From Eledone cirrhosa (Eukaryota): a stretch of DNA of 64,000 nucleotides. Each line of letters begins with the position of its first letter. Position 1 is the stretch's first letter. The position numbers and the translations under genes were made by a program. The stretch lies in NCBI GenBank assembly GCA_964016885.1, contig OZ024743.1:206832001-206896000 (forward strand), read 5' to 3'. Below are positions 29,801 through 42,300 of this stretch, piece after piece. The notes under the pieces are model-generated. The model saw only the letters and a list, made by a program, of their open reading frames with translations, made no database searches and was not told the origin of the DNA.

Positions 29801-32800
29801 AGTAGTTGTGACTGTGGTGTTGATACAGTGGTCTTAGAGTAGTTGTGACTGTGTTGTTGATACAGTGGTCTTACAGTAGTTGTGACTATGGCTTTTATAC
29901 AGTGGTCTTACAGTAGTTGTGACTATGGTGTTGCTACAGTGGTATTAGATACGTTTTGACTATGGTGTTGATACTGTGGTCTTACAGTACTTGTGACTAT
30001 GGTGTTGATACAGTGGTCTTACAGACGTTGTGACTGTGGTCTTGATACAGTGGTCTTACATTAGTTGTGACTACGGTGTTGAATCCGTTGTCTTACAGTA
30101 GTTGTGATTATGGTGTTGATACAGTGGTCTTACAGTTGTGGCTGTGGTGTTGATACAGTGGTCTTACAGTAGTTGTGGCTGTGGTGTTGATATAGTGATC
30201 TTACAGTAGTTGTGACTGTGATGTTGATACAGTGGTCTTACAGTAGTTATAACTGTGGGGTTGATACAGTGTTCTTACAGTAGTTGTGACTATGGTGTAG
30301 ATACAGTGGTCTTACAGTAGTTGTGACTATGGTGTTGATACAGTGGTCTTATGACTATGGTGTTGATACAGTGGTCTTACGGTAGTTATGACTATGGTGT
30401 TGATACAGTGGTCTTACAGTAGTTGTGACTATGGTGTGGATACAGTGGTTTTATGACTATGGTGTTGATACAGTGGTCTTACAGTAGTTGTGTCTATGTT
30501 GTTGATACAGTGGTCTTATGACTATGGTGTTGATACAGTGGTCTTACGGTAGTTATGACTATGGTGTTGATACAGTGGTCTTACAGCAGTTGTGACTATG
30601 GTGTTGATACAGTGGTTTTATGACTATGGTGTTGATACAGTGGTCTTACAGTAGTTGTGCCTATGGTGTTGATACAGTGGTCTTATGACTATGTTTTTGA
30701 TACAGTGGTCTTACAGTAGTTGTGCCTATGGTGTTGATACAGTGGTCTTATGACTATGTTGTTGATACAGTGGTCTTACGGTAGTTATGACTATGGTGTT
30801 GATACAGTGGTCTTACAGTAGTTGTGACTATGGTTTTGATACTGTGGTCTTAGAGTAGTTATGACTATGCTGTTGATACAGTGGTCTTACAGTAGTTGTG
30901 TCTATGTTGTTGATACAGTGGTCTTATGACTATGGTGTTGATACAGTGGTCTTACAGTAGTTGTGAATATGGTGTTGATACAGTGGTCTTACTGTAGTTG
31001 TGACTATGGTTTTAATACTGTGGTCTTAGAGTAGTTATGACTATGCTGTTGATACAGTGGGCTTACAGTAGTTTTGACTCTGGTGTTGATACAGTGGTCT
31101 TAGAGTAGTTGTGACTGTGTTGTTGATACAGTGGTCTTACAGTAGTTGTGACTATGGCTTTTATACAGTGGTCTTACAGTAGTTATGACTATGGTGTTGA
31201 TACAGTGGTCTTACGATAGTTATGACTACGGTGTTTATACAGTGGTCTTACAGTAGTTGTGACTATGGTGTTCATACAGTGGTATTACAGACGTTGTGAC
31301 AATGGTGTTGATACAGTGGTCTTACAGTAGTTGTGACTATGGTGTTGATACAGTGGGCTTACATTAGTTGTGACTATTGTGTTGATACAGTGGTCTTACA
31401 GACGTTGTAACTGTGGTGTTGATACAGTGGTCTTTCAGTAGTTGTGACTACGGTGTTGAATCAGTGGTCTTACAGTAGTTGTGACTGTTGTGTTGATACA
31501 GTGGTCTTACAGTAGTTGTGGCTGTGGTGTTGATACAGTTATCTTACAGTAGTTGTGACTGTGATGTTGATAGAGTGGTCTTACAGAAGTTTTAACTGTG
31601 GTGTTGATACAGTGTTCTTACAGTAGTTGTGACTAAGGTGTAGATACAGTGGTCTTACAGTAGTTGTGACTATGGTGTTGATACAGTGGTCTTATGACTA
31701 TGGAGTTGATACAGTGGGCTTACAGTAGTTGTGACTATGGTGTTGATACTGTAGTCTTACAGTAGTTGTGACTATGGTGTTGATAAAGTGGTCTTACTGT
31801 AGTTGTGACTGTGGTGTTGATACAGTGTTCTTACAGTAGTTGTGACTAAGGTGTAGATACAGTGGTCTTACAGTAGTTGTGACTATGGTGTTGATACAGT
31901 GGTCTTATGACTATGGAGTTGATACAGTGGGCTTACAGTAGTTATGACTATGGTGTTGTTACAGTGGTCTTACAGTAGTTGTCACTATCGTGTTGATACA
32001 GTGGTCTTATGACTATGGTGTTGATACAGTGGTCTTACGGTAGTTATGACCATGGTGTTGATACAGTGGTCTTACAGTAGTTGTGAATATAGTGTTGATA
32101 CAGTGGTCTTACTGTAGTTGTGACTGTGGTGTTGATACAGTGGTCTTACAGTAGTTGTGACTGTGGTGCTGATACAGTGGTCTTACAGTATTTGTGGCTG
32201 TGGTGTTGATACAGTTGTCTTACAGTAGTTGTGACTATGGTGTTGATACAGTGGTCTTACACTAGTTGTGACTATGGTGTTGATACAGTGTTCTTACAGT
32301 AGTTGTGAGTGTGGTGTTGATACATTGGTCTTACAGTAGTTGTAACTGTGTTGTTGATACAGTGGTCTTACAGTAGTTGTGACTATAGTGTTGATACAGT
32401 GGTTTTACAGTAGGTGTGACTGTGGTGTTGATACAGTGGTCTTACAGTAGTTGTGACTGTGGCGTTGATACAGTGGTCTTACAGTTGTTGTGACTATAGT
32501 GTTGATACAGTGGTATTACAGACGTTATGACTATGGTGTTGATACAGTGGTCTTACGATAGTTATGACTATGGTGTTTATACAGTGGTCTTACAGTAGTT
32601 GTGACTATGGTGTTCATACAGTGGTATTACAGACGTTGTGACAATGGTGTTGATACAGTGGTCTTACAGTAGTTGTGACTATGGTGTTGATACAGTGGTC
32701 TTACAGTAGTTGTGACAATTGTGTTGATACAGTGGTCTTACAGACGTTGTGACTGTGGTGTTGATACAGTGGTCTTACAGTAGTTGTGACTACGGTGTTG

Positions 32801-33183
32801 ATACAGTGGTCTTACAGTAGTTGTGTTTATGGTGTTGATACAGTGGTCTTACTGTAGTTGTGACTGTGGTGTTGATACAGTGGTCTTACAGTTGTTGTGA
32901 CTATAATGTTGATACAGTGGTATTACAGACGTTGTGACTATGGTGTTGATACAGTTGTCTTACAGTAGTTGTGACTATGGTGTTCATACAGCTGTCTTGC
33001 AGTAGTTGTGACTATGGTGTTGATACAGTGGTCTTACAGACGTTGTGACTGTGGTGTTGATACAGTGGTCTTACAGTAGTTGTGACTACGGTGTTGAATC
33101 AGTTGTCTTAGAGTAGTTGTGATTATGGTGTTGATACAGTGGTCTTACAGTTGTGGCTGTGGTGTTGATACAGTGGTCTTACA
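18950..33183. repeat. 7.1-kb tandem duplication within the satellite (2 copies)
   Basis: Rare variants recur at offset 7103: TGACTACTGT 19771/26874, TAAGACT 21291/28394, AATACTG 23911/31014, CAATGTTC 20721/27824. The offset is 7104 upstream of a 1-bp deletion at ~26817. Junction near 26054-26080. Confidence 0.92.
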
Positions 33184-36100
33184 GTAGTTGTGGCTGTGAT
33201 GTTGATACAGTGGTCTTACAGTAGTTATAACTGTGGGGTTGATACAGTGTTCTTACAGTAGTTGTGACTATGGTGTAGATACAGTGGTCTTACAGTAGTT
33301 GTGACTATGGTGTTGATACAGTGGTCTTATGACTATGGTGTTGATACAGTGGTCTTACAGTAGTTGTGTCTATGTTGTTGATACAGTGGTCTTATGACTA
33401 TGGTGTTGATACAGTGGTCTTACGGTAGTTATGACTATGGTGTTGATACAGTGGTCTTACAGTAGTTGTGACTATGGTGTTGATACAGTGGTTTTATGAC
33501 TATGGTGTTGATACAGTGGTCTTACAGTAGTTGTGCCGATGGTGTTGATACAGTGGTCTTATGACTATGTTTTTGATACAGTGGTCTTACAGTAGTTGTG
33601 CCTATGGTGTTGATACAGTGGTCTTATGACTATGTTGTTGATACAGTGGTCTTACGGTAGTTATGATTATGGTGTTGAAACAGTGGTCTTACAGTAGTTG
33701 TGACTATGGTTTTGATACTGTGGTCTTAGAGTAGTTATGACTATGCTGTTGATACAGTGGTCTTACAGTAGTTGTGTCTATGTTGTTGATACAGTGGTCT
33801 TATGACTATGGTGTTGATACAGTGGTCTTACGGTAGTTATGACTATGGTGTTGATACAGTGGTCTTACAGTAGTTGTGACTATGGTGTTGATACAGTGGT
33901 TTTATGACTATGGTGTTGATACAGTGGTCTTACAGTAGTTGTGCCTATGGTGTTGATACAGTGGTCTTATGAATATGTTGTTGATACAGTGGTCTTACGG
34001 TAGTTATGACTATGGTGTTGATACAGTGGTCTTACAGTAGTTGTGACTATGGTTTTGATACTGTGGTCTTAGAGTAGTTATGACTATGCTGTTGATACAG
34101 TGGGCTTACAGTAGTTGTGACTGTGGTGTTGATACAGTGGTCTTAGATTAGTTGTGACTGTGTTGTTGATACAGTGGTCTTACAGTAGTTGTGACTATGG
34201 CTTTTATACAGTGGTCTTACAGTAGTTATGACTATGGTGTTGTTACAGTGGTCTTACGATAGTTATGACTACGGTGTTTATACAGTGGTCTTACAGTAGT
34301 TGTGACTATGGTGTTCATACAGTGGTATTACAGACGTTGTGACAATGGTGTTGATACAGTGGTCTTACAGTAGTTGCGACTATGGTGTTGATACAGTGGG
34401 CTTACAGTAGTTGTGACTATTGTGTTGATACAGTGGTCTTACAGACGTTGTGACTGTGATGTTGATACAGTGGTCTTTCAGTAGTTGTGACTACGGTGTT
34501 GAATCAGTGGTCTTACAGTAGTTGTGACTACGGTGTTGATACAGTGGTCTTACAGTAGTTGTGTTTATGGTGTTGATACAGTGGTCTTACAGTAGTTGTG
34601 ACTGTCGTGTTGATACAGTGGTCTTACAGTTGTTGTGACTATAATGTTGATACAGTGGTATTACAGACGTTATGACTATGGTGTTGATACAGTTGTCTTA
34701 CAGTAGTTGTGACTATGGTGTTCATACAGCTGTCTTGCAGTCGTTGTGACTATGGTGTTGATACAGTGGTCTTACAGACGTTGTGACTGTGGTGTTGATA
34801 CAGTGGTCTTACAGTAGTTGTGACTACGGTGTTGAATCAGTTGTCTTACAGTAGTTGTGATTATGGTGTTGATACAGTGGTCTTACAGTTGTGGCTGTGG
34901 TGTTGATACAGTGGTCTTACAGTAGTTGTAGCTGTGATGTTGATACAGTGGTCTTACAGTAGTTATAAATGTGGGGTTGATACAGTGTTCTTACAGTAGT
35001 TGTGACTATGGTGTAGATACAGTGGTCTTACAGTAGTTGTGACTATGGTGTTGATACAGTGGTCTTATGACTATGGTGTTGATACAGTGGTCTTACAGTA
35101 GTTGTGTCTATGTTGTTGATACAGTGGTCTTATGACTATGGTGTTGATACAGTGGTCTTACGGTAGTTATGACTATGGTGTTGATACAGTGGTCTTACAG
35201 TAGTTGTGACTATGGTGTTGATACAATGGTTTTATGACTATGGTGTTGATACAGTGGTCTTACACTACTTGTGCCTATGGTGTTGATACAGTGGTCTTAT
35301 GACTATGTTTTTGATACAGTGGTCTTACAGTAGTTGTGCCTATGGTGTTGATACAGTGGTCTTATGACTATGTTGTTGATACAGTGGTCTTACGGTAGTT
35401 ATGATTATGGTGTTGATACAGTGGTCTTACAGTAGTTGTGACTATGGTTTTGATACTGTGGTCTTAGAGTAGTTATGACTATGCTGTTGATACAGTGGTC
35501 TTACAGTAGTTGTGTCTATGTTGTTGATACAGTGGTCTTATGACTATGGTGTTGATACAGTGGTCTTACGGTAGTTATGACTATGGTGTTGATACAGTGG
35601 TCTTACAGTAGTTGTGACTATGGTGTTGATACAGTGGTTTTATGACTATGGTGTTGATACAGTGGTCTTACAGTAGTTGTGCCTATGGTGTTGATACAGT
35701 GGTCTTATGAATATGTTCTTGATACAGTGGTCTTACGGTAGTTATGACTATGGTGTTGATACAGTGGTCTTACAGTAGTTGTGACTATGGTTTTGATACT
35801 GTGGTCTTAGAGTAGTTATGACTATGCTGTTGATACAGTGGGCTTACAGTAGTTGTGACTGTGGTGTTGATACAGTGGTCTTAGAGTAGTTGTGACTGTG
35901 TAGTTGATACAGTGGTCTTACAGTAGTTGTGACTATGGCTTTTATACAGTGGTCTTACAGTAGTTATGACTATGGTGTTGATACAGTGGTCTTACGATAG
36001 TTATGACTACGGTGTTTATACAGTGGTCTTACGGTAGTTGTGACTATGGTGTTCATACAGTGGTATTACAGACGTTGTGACAATGGTGTTGATACAGTGG

Positions 36101-38579
36101 TCTTACAGTAGTTGTGACTATGGTGTTGATACAGTGGGCTTACATTAGTTGTGACTATTGTGTTGATACAGTGGTCTTACAGACGTTGTAACTGTGGTGT
36201 TGATACAGTGGTCTTTCAGTAGTTGTGACTACGGTGTTGAATCAGTGGTCTTACAGTAGTTGTGACTGTTGTGTTGATACAGTGGTCTTACAGTAGTTGT
36301 GGCTGTGGTGTTGATACAGTTATCTTACAGTAGTTGTGACTGTGATGTTGATAGAGTGGTCTTACAGAAGTTATAACTGTGGTGTTGATACAGTGTTCTT
36401 ACAGTAGTTGTGACTAAGGTGTAGATACAGTGGTCTTACAGTAGTTGTGACTATGGTGTTGATACAGTGGTCTTCTGACTATGGAGTTGATACAGTGGGC
36501 TTACAGTAGTTGTGACTATGGTGTTGATACTGTAGTCTTACAGTAGTTGTGACTATGGTGTTGATAAAGTGGTCTTACTGTAGTTGCGACTGTGGTGTTG
36601 ATACAGTGTTCTTACAGTAGTTGTGACTAAGGTGTAGATACAGTGGTCTTACAGTAGTTGTGACTATGGTGTTGATACAGTGGTCTTATGACTATGGAGT
36701 TGATACAGTGGGCTTACAGTAGTTATGACTATGGTGTTGATACAGTGGTCTTACAGTAGTTGTGACTAAGGTGTAGATACAGTGGTCTTACAGTAGTTGT
36801 GACTATGGTGTTGATACAGTGGTCTTATGACTATGGTGTTGATACAGTGGTCTTACGGTAGTTATGACCATGGTGTTGATACAGTGGTCTTACAGTAGTT
36901 GTGAATATAGTGTTGATAGAGTGGTCTTACTGTAGTTGTGACTGAGGTGTTGATACAGTGGTCTTACAGTAGTTGTGACTGTGGTGCTGATACAGTGGTC
37001 TTACAGTATTTGTGACTGTGGTGTTGATACAGTTGTCTTACAGTAGTTGTGACTATGGTGTTGATACAGTGGTCTTACACTAGTTGTGACTGTGGTGTTG
37101 ATACAGTGTTCTTACAGTAGTTGTGAGTGTGGTGTTGATACATTGGTCTTACAGTAGTTGTAACTGTGTTGTTGATACAGTGGTCTTACAGTAGTTGTGA
37201 CTATAGTGTTGATACAGTGGTTTTACAGTAGGTGTGACTGTGGTGTTGATACAGTGGTCTTACAGTAGTTGTGACTGTGGCGTTGATACAGTGGTCTTAC
37301 AGTTGTTGTGACTATAGTGTTGATACAGTGGTATTACAGACGTTATGACTATGGTGTTGATACAGTGGTCTTACGATAGTTATGACTATGGTGTTTATAC
37401 AGTGGTCTTACAGTAGTTGTGACTATGGTGTTCATACAGTGGTATTACAGACGTTGTGACTGTGATGTTGATACAGTGGTCTTACAGTAGTTGTGACTAT
37501 GGTGTTGATACAGTGGTCTTACAGTAGTTGTGCCAATTGTGTTGATACAGTGGTCTTACAGACGTTGTGACTGTGGTGTTGATACAGTGGTCTTACAGTA
37601 GTTGTGACTACGGTGTTGATACAGTGGTCTTACAGTAGTTGTGTTTATGGTGTTGATACAGTGGTCTTACAGTAGTTGTGACTGTGGTGTTGATACAGTG
37701 GTCTTACAGTTGTTGTGACTATAATGTTGATACAGTGGTATTACAGACGTTGTGACTATGGTGTTGATACAGTTGTCTTACAGTAGTTGTGACTATGGTG
37801 TTCATACAGCTGTCTTGCAGTAGTTGTGACTATGGTGTTGATACAGTGGTCTTACAGACGTTGTGACTGTGGTGTTGATACAGTGGTCTTACAGTAGTTG
37901 TGACTACGGTGTTGAATCAGTTGTCTTACAGTAGTTGTGATTATGGTGTTGATACAGTGGTCTTACAGTTGTGGCTGTGGTGTTGATACAGTGGTCTTAC
38001 AGTAGTTGTGGCTGTGATGTTGATACAGTGGTCTTACAGTAGTTATAACTGTGGGGTTGATACAGTGTTCTTACAGTAGTTGTGACTATGGTGTAGATAC
38101 AGTGGTCTTACAGTAGTTGTGACTATGGTGTTGATACAGTGGTCTTATGACTATGGTGTAGATACAGTGGTCTTACAGTAGTTGTGTCTATGTTGTTGAT
38201 ACAGTGGTCTTATGACTATGGTGTTGATACAGTGGTCTTACGGTAGTTATGACTATGGTGTGGATACAGTGGTCTTACAGTAGTTGTGACTATGGTGCTG
38301 ATACAGTGGTTTTATGACTATGGTGTTGATACAGTGGTCTTACAGTAGTTGTGCCTATGGTGTTGATACAGTGGTCTTATGACTATGTTTTTGATACAGT
38401 GGTCTTACAGTAGTTGTGCCTATGGTGTTGATACAGTGGTCTTATGACTATGTTGTTGATACAGTGGTCTTACGGTAGTTATGATTATGGTGTTGATACA
38501 GTGGTCTTACAGTAGTTGTGACTATGGTTTTGATACTGTGGTCTTAGAGTAGTTATGACTATGCTGTTGATACAGTGGT

Positions 38580-41500
38580 CTTACAGTAGTTGTGTCTATG
38601 TTGTTGATACAGTGGTCTTATGACTATGGTGTTGATACAGTGGTCTTACGGTAGTTATGACTATGGTGTTGATACAGTGGTCTTACAGTAGTTGTGACTA
38701 TGGTGTTGATACAGTGGTTTTATGACTATGGTGTTGATACAGTGGTCTTACAGTAGTTGTGCCTATGGTGTTGATACAGTGGTCTTATGAATATGTTGTT
38801 GATACAGTGGTCTTACGGTAGTTATGACTATGGTGTTGATACAGTGGTCTTACAGTAGTTGTGACTATGGTTTTGATACTGTGGTCTTAGAGTAGTTATG
38901 ACTATGCTGTTGATACAGCGGGCTTACAGTAGTTGTGACTGTGGTGTTGATACAGTGGTCTTAGAGTAGTTGTGACTGTGTTGTTGATACAGTGGTCTTA
39001 CAGTAGTTGTGACTATGGCTTTTATACAGTGGTCTTACAGTAGTTATGACTATGGTGTTGTTACAGTGGTCTTACGATAGTTATGACTACGGTGTTTATA
39101 CAGTGGTCTTACAGTAGTTGTGACTATGGTGTTCATACAGTGGTATTACAGACGTTGTGACAATGGTGTTGATACAGTGGTCTTACAGTAGTTGTGACTA
39201 TGGTGTTGATACAGTGGGCTTACAGTAGTTGTGACTATTGTGTTGATACAGTGGTCTTACAGACGTTGTGACTGTGATGTTGATACAGTGGTCTTTCAGT
39301 AGTTGTGACTACGGTGTTGAATCAGTGGTCTTACAGTAGTTGTGACTACGGTGTTGATACAGTGGTCTTACAGTAGTTGTGTTTATGGTGTTGATACAGT
39401 GGTCTTACAGTAGTTGTGACTGTGGTGTTGATACAGTGGTCTTACAGTTGTTGTGACTATATTGTTGATACAGTGGTATTACAGACGTTGTGACTATGGT
39501 GTTGATACAGTTGTCTTACAGTAGTTGTGACTATGGTGTTCATACAGCTGTCTTGCAGTAGTTGTGACTATGGTGTTGATACAGTGGTCTTACAGACGTT
39601 GTGACTGTGGTGTTGATACAGTGGTCTTACAGTAGTTGTGACTACGGTGTTGAATCAGTTGTCTTACAGTAGTTGTGATTATGGTGTTGATACAGTGGTC
39701 TTACAGTTGTGGCTGTGGTGTTGATACAGTGGTCTTACAGTAGTTGTGGCTGTGATGTTGATACAGTGGTCTTACAGTAGTTATAACTGTGGGGTTGATA
39801 CAGTGTTCTTACAGTAGTTGTGACTATGGTGTAGATACAGTGGTCTTACAGTAGTTGTGACTATGGTGTTGATACAGTGGTCTTATGACTATGGTGTTGA
39901 TACAGTGGTCTTACAGTAGTTGTGTCTATGTTGTTGATACATTGGTCTTATGACTATGGTGTTGATACAGTGGTCTTACGGTAGTTATGACTATGGTGTT
40001 GATACAGTGGTCTTACAGTAGTTGTGACTATGGTGTTGATACAGTGGTTTTATGACTATGGTGTTGATACAGTGGTCTTACAGTAGTTGTGCCTATGGTG
40101 TTGATACAGTGGTCTTATGAATATGTTGTTGATACAGTGGTCTTACGGTAGTTATGACTATGGTGTTGATACAGTGGTCTTACAGTAGTTGTGACTATGG
40201 TTTTGATACTGTGGTCTTAGAGTAGTTATGACTATGCTGTTGATACAGTGGGCTTACAGTAGTTGTGACTGTGGTGTTGATACAGTGGTCTTAGAGTAGT
40301 TGTGACTGTGTTGTTGATACAGTGGTCTTACAGTAGTTGTGACTATGGCTTTTATACAGTGGTCTTACAGTAGTTATGACTATGGTGTTGTTACAGTGGT
40401 CTTACGATAGTTATGACTACGGTGTTTATACAGTGGTCTTACAGTAGTTGTGACTATGGTGTTCATACAGTGGTATTACAGACGTTGTGACAATGGTGTT
40501 GATACAGTGGTCTTACAGTAGTTGTGACTATGGTGTTGATACAGTGGGCTTACAGTAGTTGTGACTATTGTGTTGATACAGTGGTCTTACAGACGTTGTG
40601 ACTGTGATGTTGATACAGTGGTCTTTAAGTAGTTGTGACTACGGTGTTGAATCAGTGGTCTTACAGTAGTTGTGACTACGGTGTTGATACAGTGGTCTTA
40701 CAGTAGTTGTGTTTATGGTGTTGATACAGTGGTCTTACAGTAGTTGTGACTGTGGTGTTGATACAGTGGTCTTACAGTTGTTGTGACTATAATGTTGATA
40801 CAGTGGTATTACAGACGTTGTTACTATGGTGTTGATACAGTTGTCTTACAGTAGTTGTGACTATGGTGTTCATACAGCTGTCTTGCAGTAGTTGTGACTA
40901 TGGTGTTGATACAGTGGTCTTACAGACGTTGTGACTGTGGTGTTGATACAGTAGTCTTACAGTAGTTGTGACTACGGTGTTGAATCAGTTGTCTTACAGT
41001 AGTTGTGATTATGGTGTTGATACAGTGGTCTTACAGTTGTGGCTGTGGTGTTGATACAGTGGTCTTACAGTAGTTGTGGCTGTGATGTTGATACAGTGGT
41101 CTTACAGTAGTTATAACTGTGGGGTTGATACAGTGTTCTTACAGTAGTTGTGACTATGGTGTAGATACAGTGGTCTTACAGTAGTTGTGACTATGGTGTT
41201 GATACAGTGGTCTTATGACTATGGTGTTGATACAGTGGTCTTACAGTAGTTGTGTCTATGTTGTTGATACAGTGGTCTTATGACTATGGTGTTGATACAG
41301 TGGTCTTACGGTAGTTATGACTATGGTGTTGATACAGTGGTCTTACACTAGTTGTGACTATGGTGTTGATACAGTGGTTTTATGACTATGGTGTTGATAC
41401 AGTGGTCTTACAGTAGTTGTGCCTATGGTGTTGATACAGTGGTCTTATGAATATGTTGTTGATACAGTGGTCTTACGGTAGTTATGACTATGGTGTTGAT

Positions 41501-42300
41501 ACAGTGGTCTTACAGTAGTTGTGACTATGGTTTTGATACTGTGGTCTTAGAGTAGTTATGACTATGCTGTTGATACAGTGGGCTTACAGTAGCTGTGACT
41601 GTGGTGTTGATACAGTGGTCTTAGAGTAGTTGTGACTGTGTTGTTGATACAGTGGTCTTACAGTAGTTGTGACTATGGCTTTTATACAGTGGTCTTACAG
41701 TAGTTATGACTATGGTGTTGTTACAGTGGTCTTACGATAGTTATGACTACGGTGTTTATACAGTGGTCTTACAGTAGTTGTGACTATGGTGTTCATACAG
41801 TGGTATTACAGACGTTGTGACAATGGTGTTGATACAGTGGTCTTACAGTAGTTGTGACTATGGTGTTGATACAGTGGGCTTACAGTAGTTGTGACTATTG
41901 TGTTGATACAGTGGTCTTACAGACGTTGTGACTGTGATGTTGATACAGTGGACTTTCAGTAGTTGTGACTACGGTGTTGAATCAGTGGTCTTACAGTAGT
42001 TGTGACTACGGTGTTGATACAGTGGTCTTAGAGTAGTTGTGTTTATGGTGTTAATACAGTGGTCTTACAGTAGTTGTGACTGTGGTGTTGATACAGTGGT
42101 CTTACAGTTGTTGTGACTATAATGTTGATACAGTGGTATTACAGACGTTGTGACTATGGTGTTGATACAGTTGTCTTACAGTAGTTGTGACTATGGTGTT
42201 CATACAGCTGTCTTGCAGTAGTTGTGACTATGGTGTTGATACAGTGGTCTTACAGACGTTGTGACTGTGGTGTTGATACAGTGGTCTTACAGTAGTTGTG
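38580..42300. repeat. Higher-order repeat, 1330-bp unit (37 monomers), ~2.8 copies
   Basis: GTTGTTACAGTGGTCTTACGAT marker (TTACAG at 39061, 40391, 41721) is spaced 1330/1330. 37x37 minus four 9-bp deletions and one 3-bp deletion = 1330, matching the variants counted in 39061-40391. Confidence 0.88.
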
